Source of the DNA: Nannocystis bainbridge
Lineage (GTDB): Bacteria > Myxococcota_A > Polyangia > Nannocystales > Nannocystaceae
Assembly: GCF_028368995.1 (NCBI RefSeq)
Contig: NZ_JAQNDL010000004.1
Span: 384,001 to 448,000, forward strand
Direction of reading: 5' to 3'
DNA length: 64,000 nt
Shown here: positions 16,501-28,772 of the stretch, piece by piece
Layout of the letters: each line of letters begins with the position of its first letter
Numbering within the stretch: position 1 is the stretch's first letter
Made by a program: the position numbers and the translations under genes
The notes under the pieces: generated by a model
Seen by the model: the letters and a program-made list of their open reading frames with translations, nothing else
What the model was told of the DNA's origin: nothing
The model's database searches: none

Positions 16501-17219
16501 ACGCCGAGCTCGAGCTGTCGCTGTGCGACTTCCACGACCGCCCGCTGGCCGGGCCCGACTCGTCGGCGCGCCAGCAGGAGCTCAAGCGCGTGCTGGCGCG
16601 CATGGGCGAGGTCAACCTGACGGCGATCGAAGAGTTCGAGGAGGTCTCGGGCCGCTGCGACTACCTCTCGACGCAGAAGCGCGACCTCGAGTCGGCGATC
16701 GCCCAGCTGCAAGAGGCGATCGACAAGATCAACAAGACCACGCGCGAGCGCTTCCTCGAGACGTTCCGCGAGATCAACGAGAAGTTCCAGCAGGTGTTCC
16801 CGCGCCTGTTCAACGGCGGCCAGGCGCTGCTCCGGCTGACCGACGCCAGCGACCTGCTCGGCACCGGCGTCGAGATCCAGGCCCAGCCGCCCGGCAAGCA
16901 GGTCCGCAACCTCGAGCTGCTGTCCGGCGGCGAGAAGGCGCTCACCGCGGTCAGCCTGATCTTCGCCATCTTCCTCATCAAGCCGAGCCCGTTCTGCCTC
17001 CTCGACGAGGTCGACGCGCCGCTCGACGAGGCCAACGTCGGCCGCTTCGGCGCGATGGTCCAGGAGATGGCGCAGAACACCCAGTTCATCATCATCACCC
17101 ACAACAAGCGGACGATGGAGATCGCCGACCGCCTGTACGGGGTGACGATGGAGACCCGCGGCGTGTCGAAGCTGGTCAGCGTCAACATCAAGCGCGCGGT
17201 CGAGATGGCGGTCGCCTGA
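13587..17219 (+). CDS. smc: Chromosome segregation protein SMC
   Basis: GFKSF, GPNGCGKSN Walker A, coiled coils, hinge, LSGGEKAL signature, LDEVDAPLD. Confidence 0.97.
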   Translation: MRIKKIEVNGFKSFADREVIHVDDHVTAILGPNGCGKSNVVDAMRWCLGEQRAKHLRGQGMADVIFAGCSTRGPGNAAEVTLTFQNNGQVPAAYLNFAEIAVTRRLYRDGTSEYLINKVQCRLRDIQELMAGTGAGTRGYSIIEQGQVGRIVSSKAEERRYIIDEAAGITRFKAQKQAAEKKIEQTQQNLLRVSDVLTELEARVGNLRRQAQKAERYKRYRSELRDLDLWIASHRFLELEATRRVLEVRKGELGVQVDDMRANLAAADARGEAQRTELLQREQELRAAQTTVFDLDNRIKLAESEGQFRRREQEGARQAVTQARAEAAAAERSLTALRGELEQVTSQLEDLRAGADEGHAEVAARLQEEHDGLTARLRGEVSEFERGRSQLARLQQREATASAQLQARAEGLSDLEQRISGLAQETELLVIQLERDREDLEVAESAREAAAERVAGLNDRRSAGDREKQALKGQIKSAEQTHDGVRTQLQRTQSRVQSLEEIQKRYRGCASGVQTVIQNREAIAAEAGGAILGILADHVAAPAKFEPALSAVLGDRLQGVVVDGVRASASAVALLKAKQEGRTSFLPRECRPRRSEHGSQDMSDAPGAYGPGLEDMLQRPGVVGRLVDAIDVPGELRPLARALLGDTVVVEDLPQALELWQAGATAPLVTLAGDRVEPSGVVIGGSAQGLDSALLQQKREIRELHEQAATREVEVAAAYEQVQVLAERQSQLEAEREMSEAELLESEKVRLARVQEVSRLQREIQQLGQRIDQLTRERAKLQASLGGREEERARLTEELGQVREELPGLQQTIVDAEARIELLREQQAQVSEMLTEAKVALARFQQQLGALTAAEGRLSRQVAAEDERLQRLGQTQIEGEAKIAALEEALQAAEAEREQQLEAHRVATATLQAAREAHDAVRLATDELDLSVRKLRNGLDEQRERLAEVESVLKEQRMEAQHLSADIRERFDAELELSLCDFHDRPLAGPDSSARQQELKRVLARMGEVNLTAIEEFEEVSGRCDYLSTQKRDLESAIAQLQEAIDKINKTTRERFLETFREINEKFQQVFPRLFNGGQALLRLTDASDLLGTGVEIQAQPPGKQVRNLELLSGGEKALTAVSLIFAIFLIKPSPFCLLDEVDAPLDEANVGRFGAMVQEMAQNTQFIIITHNKRTMEIADRLYGVTMETRGVSKLVSVNIKRAVEMAVA
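15372..15437. repeat. 14-bp phased palindrome array inside SMC hinge
   Basis: CATG 15375, 15389; CAGG 15403; CCTG 15417; CATG 15431. Confidence 0.85.
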
Positions 17220-17231
17220 GCCGCGGGCGCG

Positions 17232-17295
17232 GGTGTCCGCGAGGGCATGTCCACAAGGGCATGTCCGAAGGGGCATGTCCGCGAGAGCATGTCCT
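17232..17295. repeat. 14-bp phased palindrome array, 3' of smc
   Basis: CATG at 17246, 17260, 17274, 17288. Confidence 0.92.
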
Positions 17296-17370
17296 TGGGG
17301 GCACCCGGCCGTGGCCCGGCTCACGGCGGCGGCGCTGCCGCGGACGCGGGAAACCGGGCATCGTCGCGGC

Positions 17371-18162
17371 ATGAGCATCTTTCGCGCGGACGCGCTGCAG
17401 GGACTGGTCGCCCTCGTCACCGGCGGGGGTTCGGGCATCGGGGCGGCGATCGCGGTGACGCTGGCGGAGCACGGGGCCCGCGTGGCGGTGTGCGGGCGGA
17501 CGCAGGCCAAGCTCGAGGCGACGGTCGAAGCGATCGCGGCGGCCGGCGGCGAGGCGCTGGCGGTCGCGGCCGACGTGCGCAGGCCGGAGCAGGTCGAGGC
17601 GGTGATGCAGGCGATCGAGGCCCGCTGGGGCCGGCTCGACGTGCTGGTCAATTCGGCCGCGGGCAACTTCCTGTGCCCGGCCGCGAGCCTGTCGCCGAAC
17701 GGCTTCGGCACCGTGGTCGACATCGATCTCAAGGGCACGTTCAACGCCTGCAAGGCCGCGCTGCCGCTGCTGTCGCGGGCGGGCGGGACGATCCTCAACA
17801 TCTCGGCGACGCTGCACTACGGCGGCACGCCGCTGCAGATCCACGCGGCCAGCGCGAAGGCGGGGATCGACGCGCTGACGCGCACGCTGGCGGTCGAGTG
17901 GGGCGCGGCGGGGATCCGCGTCAACGCGATCGCGCCGGGGCCGATCGACAACACCGAGGGGATCACCCGGCTGTTGCCGCCCGAGCTGCGCGCCAGGGCG
18001 GAGCGGGCGATCCCGCTGCGGCGGTTCGGCCAGCCGCGCGAGATCGCCGACGCTGCGGTGTTCCTGGCCTCGTCCGCCAGCGCCTACACGACCGGCGCGA
18101 CGCTGGTGATCGACGGCGGTCACTGGCTGACCGGGATGGGCCTGATGAGCCTCGCCGAGTGA
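17371..18162 (+). CDS. SDR family oxidoreductase (2,4-dienoyl-CoA reductase-like)
   Basis: TGGGSGIG, NSAAGNF, SPNGFGTVVDIDL, HAASAKAG, NAIAPGPI. Confidence 0.88.
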   Translation: MSIFRADALQGLVALVTGGGSGIGAAIAVTLAEHGARVAVCGRTQAKLEATVEAIAAAGGEALAVAADVRRPEQVEAVMQAIEARWGRLDVLVNSAAGNFLCPAASLSPNGFGTVVDIDLKGTFNACKAALPLLSRAGGTILNISATLHYGGTPLQIHAASAKAGIDALTRTLAVEWGAAGIRVNAIAPGPIDNTEGITRLLPPELRARAERAIPLRRFGQPREIADAAVFLASSASAYTTGATLVIDGGHWLTGMGLMSLAE

Positions 18163-18229
18163 CGGGGCGCGGTCGCGCGGCGGTTCGCCGGTCAGACGCC
18201 CGCGGTTCTGCGTTATCGTGGCGGCTCGC

Positions 18230-20320
18230 ATGAGTGCGAGCGCGAGCGCGGCTCACTACGTGCAAGAGGTCGGCGCGATCCTCGGGACCGCGGCCGTGAC
18301 CAGCTTGCTGTCGCAGCGGCTGCGTCAGCCGCCGGTGCTCGGCTACCTGGTCGCGGGCATGATCCTCGGCCCGCACGTGCCGGGCATCATCATCGGCGGC
18401 GAGGGCAGCGTGCAGCTGGCCCACGCGCTGTCCGAGTTCGGCGTGATCCTGCTGATGTTCACCATCGGCATCGAGTTCAGCCTGCGGAAGATCGTGAAGA
18501 TCGGGCTGCCGGCGGCGCTGACGGCGGTGATCGAGGTCGGGCTGATGATCTCGCTCGGCTACATGATCGGGGGGCTGTTCGGCTGGAGCTCGACCGCGAG
18601 CCTGTTCGTCGGCGCGTGCCTCGGCATCTCGTCGACGATGCTGGTGGCCAAGGCGTTCGAGGAGCAGCGGCTGCGCGGCGGCTTCGTCGAGGTCGTGTTC
18701 GCGGTGCTGGTGTTCGAGGACATGATCGCCATCCTGCTGCTGGCGATCCTCACCGGCCTGGCCTCGGGGACAGGTCTGTCGCCGATCGACTTCGCGCTGA
18801 CCGTGGGCAAGCTGCTGGCGTTCCTGCTGGCGATGCTGGCGGCGGGCCTGCTGGTGGTGCCGCGCTTCATCCGCGGGGTGGTCCGGATCGGGCGCGCCGA
18901 GACGACGCTGATCGCGGGCATCGCGGTGTGCTTCGGTATGGCGGCGTTCGCCTCGGCCTCGGGCTACTCGGTCGCGCTCGGGGCGTTCCTCGCCGGCATG
19001 CTGGTGTCGGAGTCGGGCGAGGGGCCGAAGGTCGAGCACGTGATCCAGCCGCTGCGCGACCTGTTCGCCGCGGTGTTCTTCATCTCCATCGGGATGACGA
19101 TCGACCCGGTGCTGGTGGCCCAGCACTGGTTGCCGGTGGTGGTGCTGACGGCGGTGGTGCTGGTCGGCAAGGTCGTCGGCGTGTCGTTCGGGTCGTTCCT
19201 GGCCGGCAACGGGCTGCGCCGCTCGGTCCGCGCCGGCATGAGCCTGGCCCAGATCGGCGAGTTCTCGTTCATCATCGCCGGCCTCGGCCTGCAGACCGGC
19301 GCGATCCCGGACTACATCCTGCCGATCATGGTGGCGGTCTCGATCCTCACCTCGATCACCACGCCGGTGATGGTCCGCCGGTCCGAGCGCGGAGCCGAGG
19401 CGATCGATCGCTGGCTGCCCGATCGCGTGCAGACGTTCGTGACGTTCTACGACGGGTGGATCGAGCAGCTGCGCGCGGCGCCCCGCAGCGCGACCGCCGG
19501 TCGCCGGGTGCGCGGGCCGCTGTTGATGCTGACCGTCGACGCGGCGCTGCTGGTGGCGCTGCTCGCCGGCTCGAGTCTGGTCCACTGGCAGGCGGTCGAG
19601 GCGATGTTCCAGGCGACGCGGCTGTCGCCGACGGTGATCGAGATCTTGTACGTCGGCGCGACGCTGACGCTGGCGGGCGTGCTGTTCGTCGGCGTGCTGC
19701 GGCGGGCGGCGGCGCTGGCCCGCGCGCTGGCGACGGTGGTCCTGCCGACCCGCGACGACGGCAAGCTCGACCTCGGCTCGGCGCCGCGGCGGGCGTTCAC
19801 GGTGGCGATCGAGCTGGCGCTGTCGCTGGTGATCGGGCTGCCGCTGGTCGCGGTGCTGCAGCCGTTCCTGCCGCTCAGCTCGGGCTTCGCGGTGTTCGTG
19901 CTGGTGGTCGCGGCGCTCGGTTACAACGTGTGGCGCAGCATCGGCAACCTCGATGGCCACGTGCGCGCGGGCACCGAGCTGATCGTCGAGGTGCTGGCCC
20001 GCCAGGGCCGCCAGGGCAGCGGCCCGGCCGCCCACCAGTCGCTGGTCGAGGTGGCGCCGATGCTGCCCGGCTTCCCCGACATGACGCCGGTGACGCTGGC
20101 GGCCACGAGCCCGGCGATCGGGCAGACGCTGGCGGAGCTCAACCTGCGCGCGCGCACGGGCGCGTCGGTGCTGTCGATCAACCGCGCCGGCGCGGGCGTG
20201 GTGCTGCCCGAGGCCAACGAGCGGCTGCAGGTCGGCGACACGCTGACGCTGGCCGGCGGCCACGAGGCGGTCGAGCGCGCCTCGGCGCTGCTACAGCGCG
20301 GGATCTCCCCCGGCGATTGA
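18230..20320 (+). CDS. CPA2 cation:proton antiporter with C-terminal TrkA-C (RCK) domain
   Basis: PPVLGYLVAG, GVILLMFTIGIEFS, SSTMLV, LGAFLAG, QIGEFSFII; IGQTLAELNLRARTGASVLSINR. Confidence 0.92.
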   Translation: MSASASAAHYVQEVGAILGTAAVTSLLSQRLRQPPVLGYLVAGMILGPHVPGIIIGGEGSVQLAHALSEFGVILLMFTIGIEFSLRKIVKIGLPAALTAVIEVGLMISLGYMIGGLFGWSSTASLFVGACLGISSTMLVAKAFEEQRLRGGFVEVVFAVLVFEDMIAILLLAILTGLASGTGLSPIDFALTVGKLLAFLLAMLAAGLLVVPRFIRGVVRIGRAETTLIAGIAVCFGMAAFASASGYSVALGAFLAGMLVSESGEGPKVEHVIQPLRDLFAAVFFISIGMTIDPVLVAQHWLPVVVLTAVVLVGKVVGVSFGSFLAGNGLRRSVRAGMSLAQIGEFSFIIAGLGLQTGAIPDYILPIMVAVSILTSITTPVMVRRSERGAEAIDRWLPDRVQTFVTFYDGWIEQLRAAPRSATAGRRVRGPLLMLTVDAALLVALLAGSSLVHWQAVEAMFQATRLSPTVIEILYVGATLTLAGVLFVGVLRRAAALARALATVVLPTRDDGKLDLGSAPRRAFTVAIELALSLVIGLPLVAVLQPFLPLSSGFAVFVLVVAALGYNVWRSIGNLDGHVRAGTELIVEVLARQGRQGSGPAAHQSLVEVAPMLPGFPDMTPVTLAATSPAIGQTLAELNLRARTGASVLSINRAGAGVVLPEANERLQVGDTLTLAGGHEAVERASALLQRGISPGD

Positions 20321-20327
20321 AGACGGC

Positions 20328-20393
20328 GGGCATGCTCGATCGAGCATGTCCGATGGAACATGGCAAATCGGACATGTCGTGAGCGACATGTCC
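20328..20393. repeat. 14-bp phased palindrome array, convergent junction
   Basis: CATG at 20331, 20345, 20359, 20373, 20387 with dissimilar spacers. Confidence 0.92.
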
Positions 20394-20408
20394 GAAGACG
20401 CAGCCGGG

Positions 20409-20900
20409 TCAGGCGCGCGCGAGCTCGGCGGTGGCGGCGACGATGCGGTCCAGCGAGCGGGCGAGCACGTGGGCGTCGTCGACGACCTCGAGGCGGACGG
20501 CGGGGTGGGCGGCCGCCCAGGCCTCGACGGCGGCGACGGGGATGAGCTCGTCGTCGCGGCCGTGGATGGCGATCGTCGGGCAGGGCGGCGCGAGGTCGAG
20601 GGCGTCGGCCGGCGGCTCGTGCACGATCAGGGCCGGGGCGGCGAGCACGAGGCCGTGCACGCGACCGCCGGCGCGATGGTGGAGGATCGCGCCGCACAGG
20701 GCGGTGAGGCCGCCGTAGCTCGAGCCGACCAGGACGCAGCCGTCGTGGGCGGCGAGCTCGGGCAGCAGCGCGGCGACGCGCGCGGCGAGGTTCATGCCGG
20801 TGAAGTCGGGGGCCACGAGGTCGAGACCGGCGGCCCGCAGCGCCTGCGCCTTGCGGCCCTGCGGGCTGCCCTCGAGACCGTGGCAGAAGACGACCTTCAT
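20409..20900 (-). CDS. Alpha/beta hydrolase (YqiA-like esterase)
   Basis: MKVVFCHGLEGSP, GSSYGG nucleophile elbow, HGRDDELIP, DDAH. Confidence 0.85.
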   Translation of the reverse strand: MKVVFCHGLEGSPQGRKAQALRAAGLDLVAPDFTGMNLAARVAALLPELAAHDGCVLVGSSYGGLTALCGAILHHRAGGRVHGLVLAAPALIVHEPPADALDLAPPCPTIAIHGRDDELIPVAAVEAWAAAHPAVRLEVVDDAHVLARSLDRIVAATAELARA

Positions 20901-20942
20901 CGCCGGACAGGATACGCGGCGGGCCGGCGCTCGTGGTAGGCC

Positions 20943-22070
20943 ATGGCCATGCCGGTGTTCGCGCTGACGGACGAGCTGGTGTTCCCGGACCCGGGGCAGG
21001 CCGAGCCGGACGGGCTGCTGGCGCTCGGCGGCGACTTGCGGCCCGAGCGGGTGCTGCTGGCGTACGCGCACGGGATCTTCCCGTGGAACAGCGAGGACGA
21101 GCCGCTGCTGTGGTGGTCGCCGGCGCCGCGGGCGGTGCTGGAACCGGGGGCGATCGCGGTGCCGCGCTCGCTGGCCAAGGCGATCCGTCGCCGGCCTTAC
21201 CGCATCACCCTCGACCTGGCCTTCGAGGCAGTCATCGCCGCGTGCGCCGAGACGCCGCGGCCGGGCCAGGACCGCACGTGGATCACGCCGGCGATCCGGG
21301 CGGCGTTCACCGATCTTCACCGCCGCGGATTGGCCCACAGCGTCGAGGCGTGGGACGGCGAGGAGCTGGTCGGCGGGCTGTACGGGCTGGCGCTGGGGTC
21401 GGTGTTCTGCGGCGAGAGCATGTTCGCCCGCGCCGACGATGCCTCGAAGATCGCGTTCGTGGCCCTGGCCGAGCAGCTGCGGCGGTGGGAATTCTCGATG
21501 ATCGATTGCCAGGTCGAGTCGGACCACCTGCGTCGCTTCGGGGCGACGCCGCTGGAGCGCGTGGCGTTCATGCGCCGGCTGGCGGCCGGGGTGGCGCAGC
21601 CGTGGCGGGTCGGGCTGTGGACGCTCGACGAGGAGCTGGCCGGCCGCGCCGAGGGCGGGCCGCCGGCGCACACCGCCGGGCCGCCGGTGATGTGGAGAAT
21701 GTCCCAAGAGACAGGTGATGCGTCCGCCGGCGAGGGGCGGAGCCGGCGCAAGCGGCGAGGCCGCGGCGACTGCGAGCTGGCGCGAGGGACAGGTGCTTCG
21801 ACGGGGCGCGCGGCCGAGGCCGCGAGTGAGATGTCTCGAGGGACAGGTGGATCGGCGGGGTCCGGGGCAGAGGCTGCGCCCGCGAGTGAGGCGTCCCGCG
21901 GGAAGAAGGACGCGCCCGAGCCCGACCTGCCGCGCGGGACAGATCCAGGGGTGGTCCGCGGGGCCGCGGAGGGCACGATGGGCGCAGAGACCGAGGACAC
22001 GAACATGTCTCCGGGGACAGGTGGCGAGGGCGCCGCTGCTTCGGGCTCCTCGGGCCGGCGGGAGCCCTGA
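20943..22070 (+). CDS. aat: Leucyl/phenylalanyl-tRNA--protein transferase with low-complexity C-terminal extension
   Basis: GLLALGGDL, AYAHGIFPW, LWWSP, AHSVEAW, LVGGLYG, FCGESMF, DASKIAF, IDCQ. Confidence 0.93.
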   Translation: MAMPVFALTDELVFPDPGQAEPDGLLALGGDLRPERVLLAYAHGIFPWNSEDEPLLWWSPAPRAVLEPGAIAVPRSLAKAIRRRPYRITLDLAFEAVIAACAETPRPGQDRTWITPAIRAAFTDLHRRGLAHSVEAWDGEELVGGLYGLALGSVFCGESMFARADDASKIAFVALAEQLRRWEFSMIDCQVESDHLRRFGATPLERVAFMRRLAAGVAQPWRVGLWTLDEELAGRAEGGPPAHTAGPPVMWRMSQETGDASAGEGRSRRKRRGRGDCELARGTGASTGRAAEAASEMSRGTGGSAGSGAEAAPASEASRGKKDAPEPDLPRGTDPGVVRGAAEGTMGAETEDTNMSPGTGGEGAAASGSSGRREP

Positions 22071-22183
22071 ACCGCTGCGGGGCCGCGGGCCCGGGGAGCG
22101 ACGGCGCCGCGACGTCACGGGGCCATCGGCTGCGACGGGCGTGACGCGCGGGAAGGCGCGAGGTATCCTTCGCGCCCTCTCGC

Positions 22184-25567
<3,384 letters not shown>

Positions 25568-25740
25568 ACTGATCGCGGGCGCGGCACCCCGACGCGCATG
25601 AACGAGAGAACATGTCTCGAGAGACAGACATTATGCGCTGACTGCGCGTGTGGTCGATGTCTTCCAGGCGCGCGAGCGGCCGTACGCCCGGTGCGAGGTC
25701 GAGTGACGGAGGCGTGGGGCTGGAGTAGATTTCTCCCCGA

Positions 25741-26826
25741 ATGTCCTCGCCCGCATGGTTCATTCGCTCCGTCTCGGTGCAGAAGTTCGGGTGCCTCAAG
25801 GACGTGAACGCAGCGTTGACGCCGCTGCACGCGTTCATCGGGCCGAACGATAGCGGCAAGAGCACGCTGCTGCGCGCGCTGCGGACGGCGATGCACCTGG
25901 TTCGAAGGTCATTTATTCGCGCGCCGAATGACGAAATTCAGCCCTTTGATCCGGGACCACTCTGTAGCGGGACGGCCATGCAGCTCGCCTTCGGGCCAGA
26001 TCGTGCAAAGAGCCATTTCAACTTGAAGATCCTCGATGAGGGTAACTTCGCGGAGTCCGGTGGGTCGAAGCCGTTGCTGGCGTCTCAGCGAAGCTGGATC
26101 GGGCCGCGGTCGACCAAACGAGGTTCAACGCTAACGTGGCCTCCGGAGATTTTGCCGCTGCTCGACTCGGGCGCTCGGCTCGTGCACCTAAACCCGAGCT
26201 CGCTGCGTGAGCCGAGCGAGCTCATCCCTGAGGGCGGTGGAAACGAGCTCATCGACGAGTACGGGCGGGGGCTGCCGGCCATTTACGACGCAATCCTCAA
26301 TCGCGGGGATGATGCATTCTTGCGCATGGTCGAGGGCGTTCGTCGTTTGTTTCCGACGATCAAGGCAGTCCGCCTCAAGGTGATGTCGAAGAGCACTAAG
26401 GCGCTGGAGGTGGAGCTTGTTTCGGGGGAGCGAGTGCCCGCGGCATTCCTCAGCGAGGGGCTCCTGTTCTATCTCGCCTTCGCGGCGTTGCAGCACCTCG
26501 ATCCGGTCGCGCTGTTGCTGATCGAGGAGCCCGAGAATGGGCTGCACCCGGCGCGAATCGCCGACGTCATGCGGATCCTGCGGGAGATCTCGAGTACGAC
26601 GCAGGTGGTGCTGACGACCCATAGTCCGCTCGTGATCAACGAGATGCAGGGCGACGAGGTCAGCGTGGTCACGCGCGATCGAGACAAGGGCACGATGGTC
26701 CGTCGCCTCGACTCGACCCCGAACTTCATCGAGCGCTCGAAGGTCTACGCCCTCGGAGAGCTGTGGCTGAGCTACGCGAACGGCGACGACGAGGGGCCGC
26801 TGCTCACCGCGCAGGTCGTGACATGA
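25741..26826 (+). CDS. ABC-type ATPase (AAA_21/AAA_15-like)
   Basis: GPNDSGKST Walker A, LSEG signature, LLIEEPENGLHP Walker B/D-loop, TTHSP; lower GC than flanks. Confidence 0.88.
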   Translation: MSSPAWFIRSVSVQKFGCLKDVNAALTPLHAFIGPNDSGKSTLLRALRTAMHLVRRSFIRAPNDEIQPFDPGPLCSGTAMQLAFGPDRAKSHFNLKILDEGNFAESGGSKPLLASQRSWIGPRSTKRGSTLTWPPEILPLLDSGARLVHLNPSSLREPSELIPEGGGNELIDEYGRGLPAIYDAILNRGDDAFLRMVEGVRRLFPTIKAVRLKVMSKSTKALEVELVSGERVPAAFLSEGLLFYLAFAALQHLDPVALLLIEEPENGLHPARIADVMRILREISSTTQVVLTTHSPLVINEMQGDEVSVVTRDRDKGTMVRRLDSTPNFIERSKVYALGELWLSYANGDDEGPLLTAQVVT

Positions 26827-27437
26827 AGCGCGTCGTCCTCGGCGGGGAAGGGCCGAACGAGCTCGGCGGCTGGTGCAACCTGCCCCCGTATCGCGCAGAA
26901 ACACCGGTTCCGGGGGTGCTCGAGGCGCTGTTGCGGCACGTCCGTCCTGACGGATGGATCGTCATCGACGCCGTAGTTTGGAGCTCGATCCGGAAGTATC
27001 GCGCCGGAGGTCACGCGGACGCCGAGGAGCGCAACGTGCTCGGTCTGGTCTTGAAGGCGCGAGAGCGCGGCGCCGACATCGTCGCCTTCGCGCGCGACTG
27101 CGACGGCGACGGAGCGCAGCACCGCCGCCGAATCGCCTCGATCGACGTCGGGCTCGCGCGCGCGCGCGAAGAGTTTCCGCAGGGTCCAGCCGTGATTGGT
27201 GGGAGCGCCGTGCGCATGCTCGAGGCTTGGGTCCTCGCTATCGGCGGCGAGCGACGGACCGAAGAGATGGGTCGAGAGGGACTTGAGACGGGATTTCAGC
27301 GGTTCCAGATCCCGCTCAAGAAGACCCCTGCGCTGGTCGACTTTGTTCAGAAGGCGGACCTCGGCAGGATTCCCGCCGATGCCGTGTCGCTGACGAAATG
27401 GTTGGCGCGAGCGCGTGAGGTCCTCGCTCCGTCTTGA
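26823..27437 (+). CDS. TOPRIM-like partner protein (DUF4276/RloB-like)
   Basis: ATGA overlap with ATPase; VVLGGEGPNE, FARDCDGD, MLEAWVL. Confidence 0.65.
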   Translation: MKRVVLGGEGPNELGGWCNLPPYRAETPVPGVLEALLRHVRPDGWIVIDAVVWSSIRKYRAGGHADAEERNVLGLVLKARERGADIVAFARDCDGDGAQHRRRIASIDVGLARAREEFPQGPAVIGGSAVRMLEAWVLAIGGERRTEEMGREGLETGFQRFQIPLKKTPALVDFVQKADLGRIPADAVSLTKWLARAREVLAPS

Positions 27438-27486
27438 GCACGCCTCGATCCGCTGGGCATGTCCGAACGGTCAGCAGCGATGAACG

Positions 27487-27639
27487 CTCGGGACATGTCG
27501 CTCGCGGTCTAGACCCCACTCGTCCGGCGCGAATGGCTGGCACTCGGGACATGTCCTGTCGGTCAGACTGGTTGACCGATCTCTGGCGCTAGCGAGCGGC
27601 TGGCACTCGGGACATGTCCCTCGCGGCTAGTCCCACTCG
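27487..27639 (+). repeat. Degenerate direct repeats including a copy of the adjacent gene's 3' end
   Basis: GGCTGGCACTCGGGACATGTCC exact at 27535 and 27598; 27487-27522 resembles 27606-27639. Confidence 0.75.
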
Positions 27640-27974
27640 CACACGCGGTGCTTGCACTTCTGGCCGGCGGCGCAGTCGGCGGCGGTGCTGCAGGCGTAGA
27701 AGCAGCGCTTGTGCTCGCACAGCAGGCCGGCGGGGCACTCGGCGTCGGCCTCGCACTCGAAGGTGCACATGCCGCCGTCGCACTCCTTCTTGTCGCAGCA
27801 GTGGCCGGAGCTGCACTCGTCGTCGTCGTCGCAGAAGGCCCCGATGCCGCCGGGGCAGTTGGGGTCGTAGCGGCAGTCGCCTCCAGGGAGGCCCGGGGGT
27901 CCGCAGGTGACGCTCAGCAGGGCGCCGATGGAGAGGCCGAGGAGGGTGTGAAGCCAGCCGGGCGATCGGTGCAT
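27627..27974 (-). CDS. Small Cys-rich secreted protein/lipoprotein
   Basis: Hydrophobic leader LLGLSIGALLSVTC then C-x-x-D-x-E/D-C repeats. Confidence 0.75.
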   Translation of the reverse strand: MHRSPGWLHTLLGLSIGALLSVTCGPPGLPGGDCRYDPNCPGGIGAFCDDDDECSSGHCCDKKECDGGMCTFECEADAECPAGLLCEHKRCFYACSTAADCAAGQKCKHRVCEWD

Positions 27975-28012
27975 GGAGCGAGGATCGACGGGGACGCGGA
28001 GGACGTCAACGG

Positions 28013-28567
28013 TCAGGGCTGCGGTCCGGAAGCCCCGGCCGTGAGCAGGGCCGCGTCGAGCCGGGCCTCGAGATCGGCGCCGGGCAGGGCCCACACGCCG
28101 ATGAGGCCGGCCGCGCGGGCGGCGTCGATGTTGCCGCGCTGATCGTCGATGACGACGACGTCCGAGGCGAGGCCGCGGAGGTGCGCCCAGAAGCGCGGGT
28201 CGGGCTTGGCGACGCCGAGTTCGCCGCTGCAGAGCCAGTGATCGACGAGGCCGGAGTCGCCGATCTGGTCACGCACGAGGGGCAGCCAGGCGCGGGCGAA
28301 GTTGGTGGCGAGGGCGATCCGGTGGCCCCGCGCGCGCAGGCGCGAGACGAGCGCGAGCCGGTCTGTCCGCAGGCGCAGGCAGGCGCGGTAGGCGGCGGCG
28401 GTCGCCGGGTCCCAGAAGTCGTCTTCGTCGATCGCGCCGACCCGCAGGCGGTGCCAGCGGTCGCGGTCGGGGGCGCCGTCGAGCTCCCGCCACGACGGCT
28501 CGGCGAGCACGCCGATCAGGTCGAAGGCGACGAGCGGGAGGGCGGACGAGGAGGTCGGTTCGGACAT
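28013..28567 (-). CDS. HAD-superfamily hydrolase (HAD-IA type)
   Basis: VAFDLIGVL, ALATN, SGELGVAKPDP, VIDDQRGNIDAARAAG. Confidence 0.85.
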   Translation of the reverse strand: MSEPTSSSALPLVAFDLIGVLAEPSWRELDGAPDRDRWHRLRVGAIDEDDFWDPATAAAYRACLRLRTDRLALVSRLRARGHRIALATNFARAWLPLVRDQIGDSGLVDHWLCSGELGVAKPDPRFWAHLRGLASDVVVIDDQRGNIDAARAAGLIGVWALPGADLEARLDAALLTAGASGPQP

Positions 28568-28680
28568 GGTTAAAAAAGGGTCGGGCTTCAGGACGTTCAC
28601 GTCTAGCGAGCCGCTCGCGGGACGGAGGTCGACGAGGCCCGGGCCGTCGGCGGGGACCGTAGCTCGTCGCGCCGCGAGGA

Positions 28681-28771
28681 GATGTCCGAACGCACATGCT
28701 CGTATGAACATGCGCATATGGACATGTACAAACAGACATGCGCTTTTGGACCTGCGCGTTCGGACATGTCC
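28681..28771. repeat. 14-bp phased palindrome array
   Basis: GATG 28681; CATG 28695, 28709, 28723, 28737; CCTG 28751; CATG 28765. Confidence 0.92.
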
Positions 28772-28772
28772 T

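Noticed and set aside
17232-17295. GGACATGTCC / RRRCATGYYY matches the eukaryotic p53 half-site
   Set aside because: Coincidental; the context is bacterial and the 14-bp lattice differs from p53 site geometry.
12177-17801. 1874-aa ORF suggesting a giant FtsY fusion
   Set aside because: The N-terminal ~1480 aa are the antisense shadow of smc (stop-poor high-GC frame); FtsY plausibly starts at ATG 13352.
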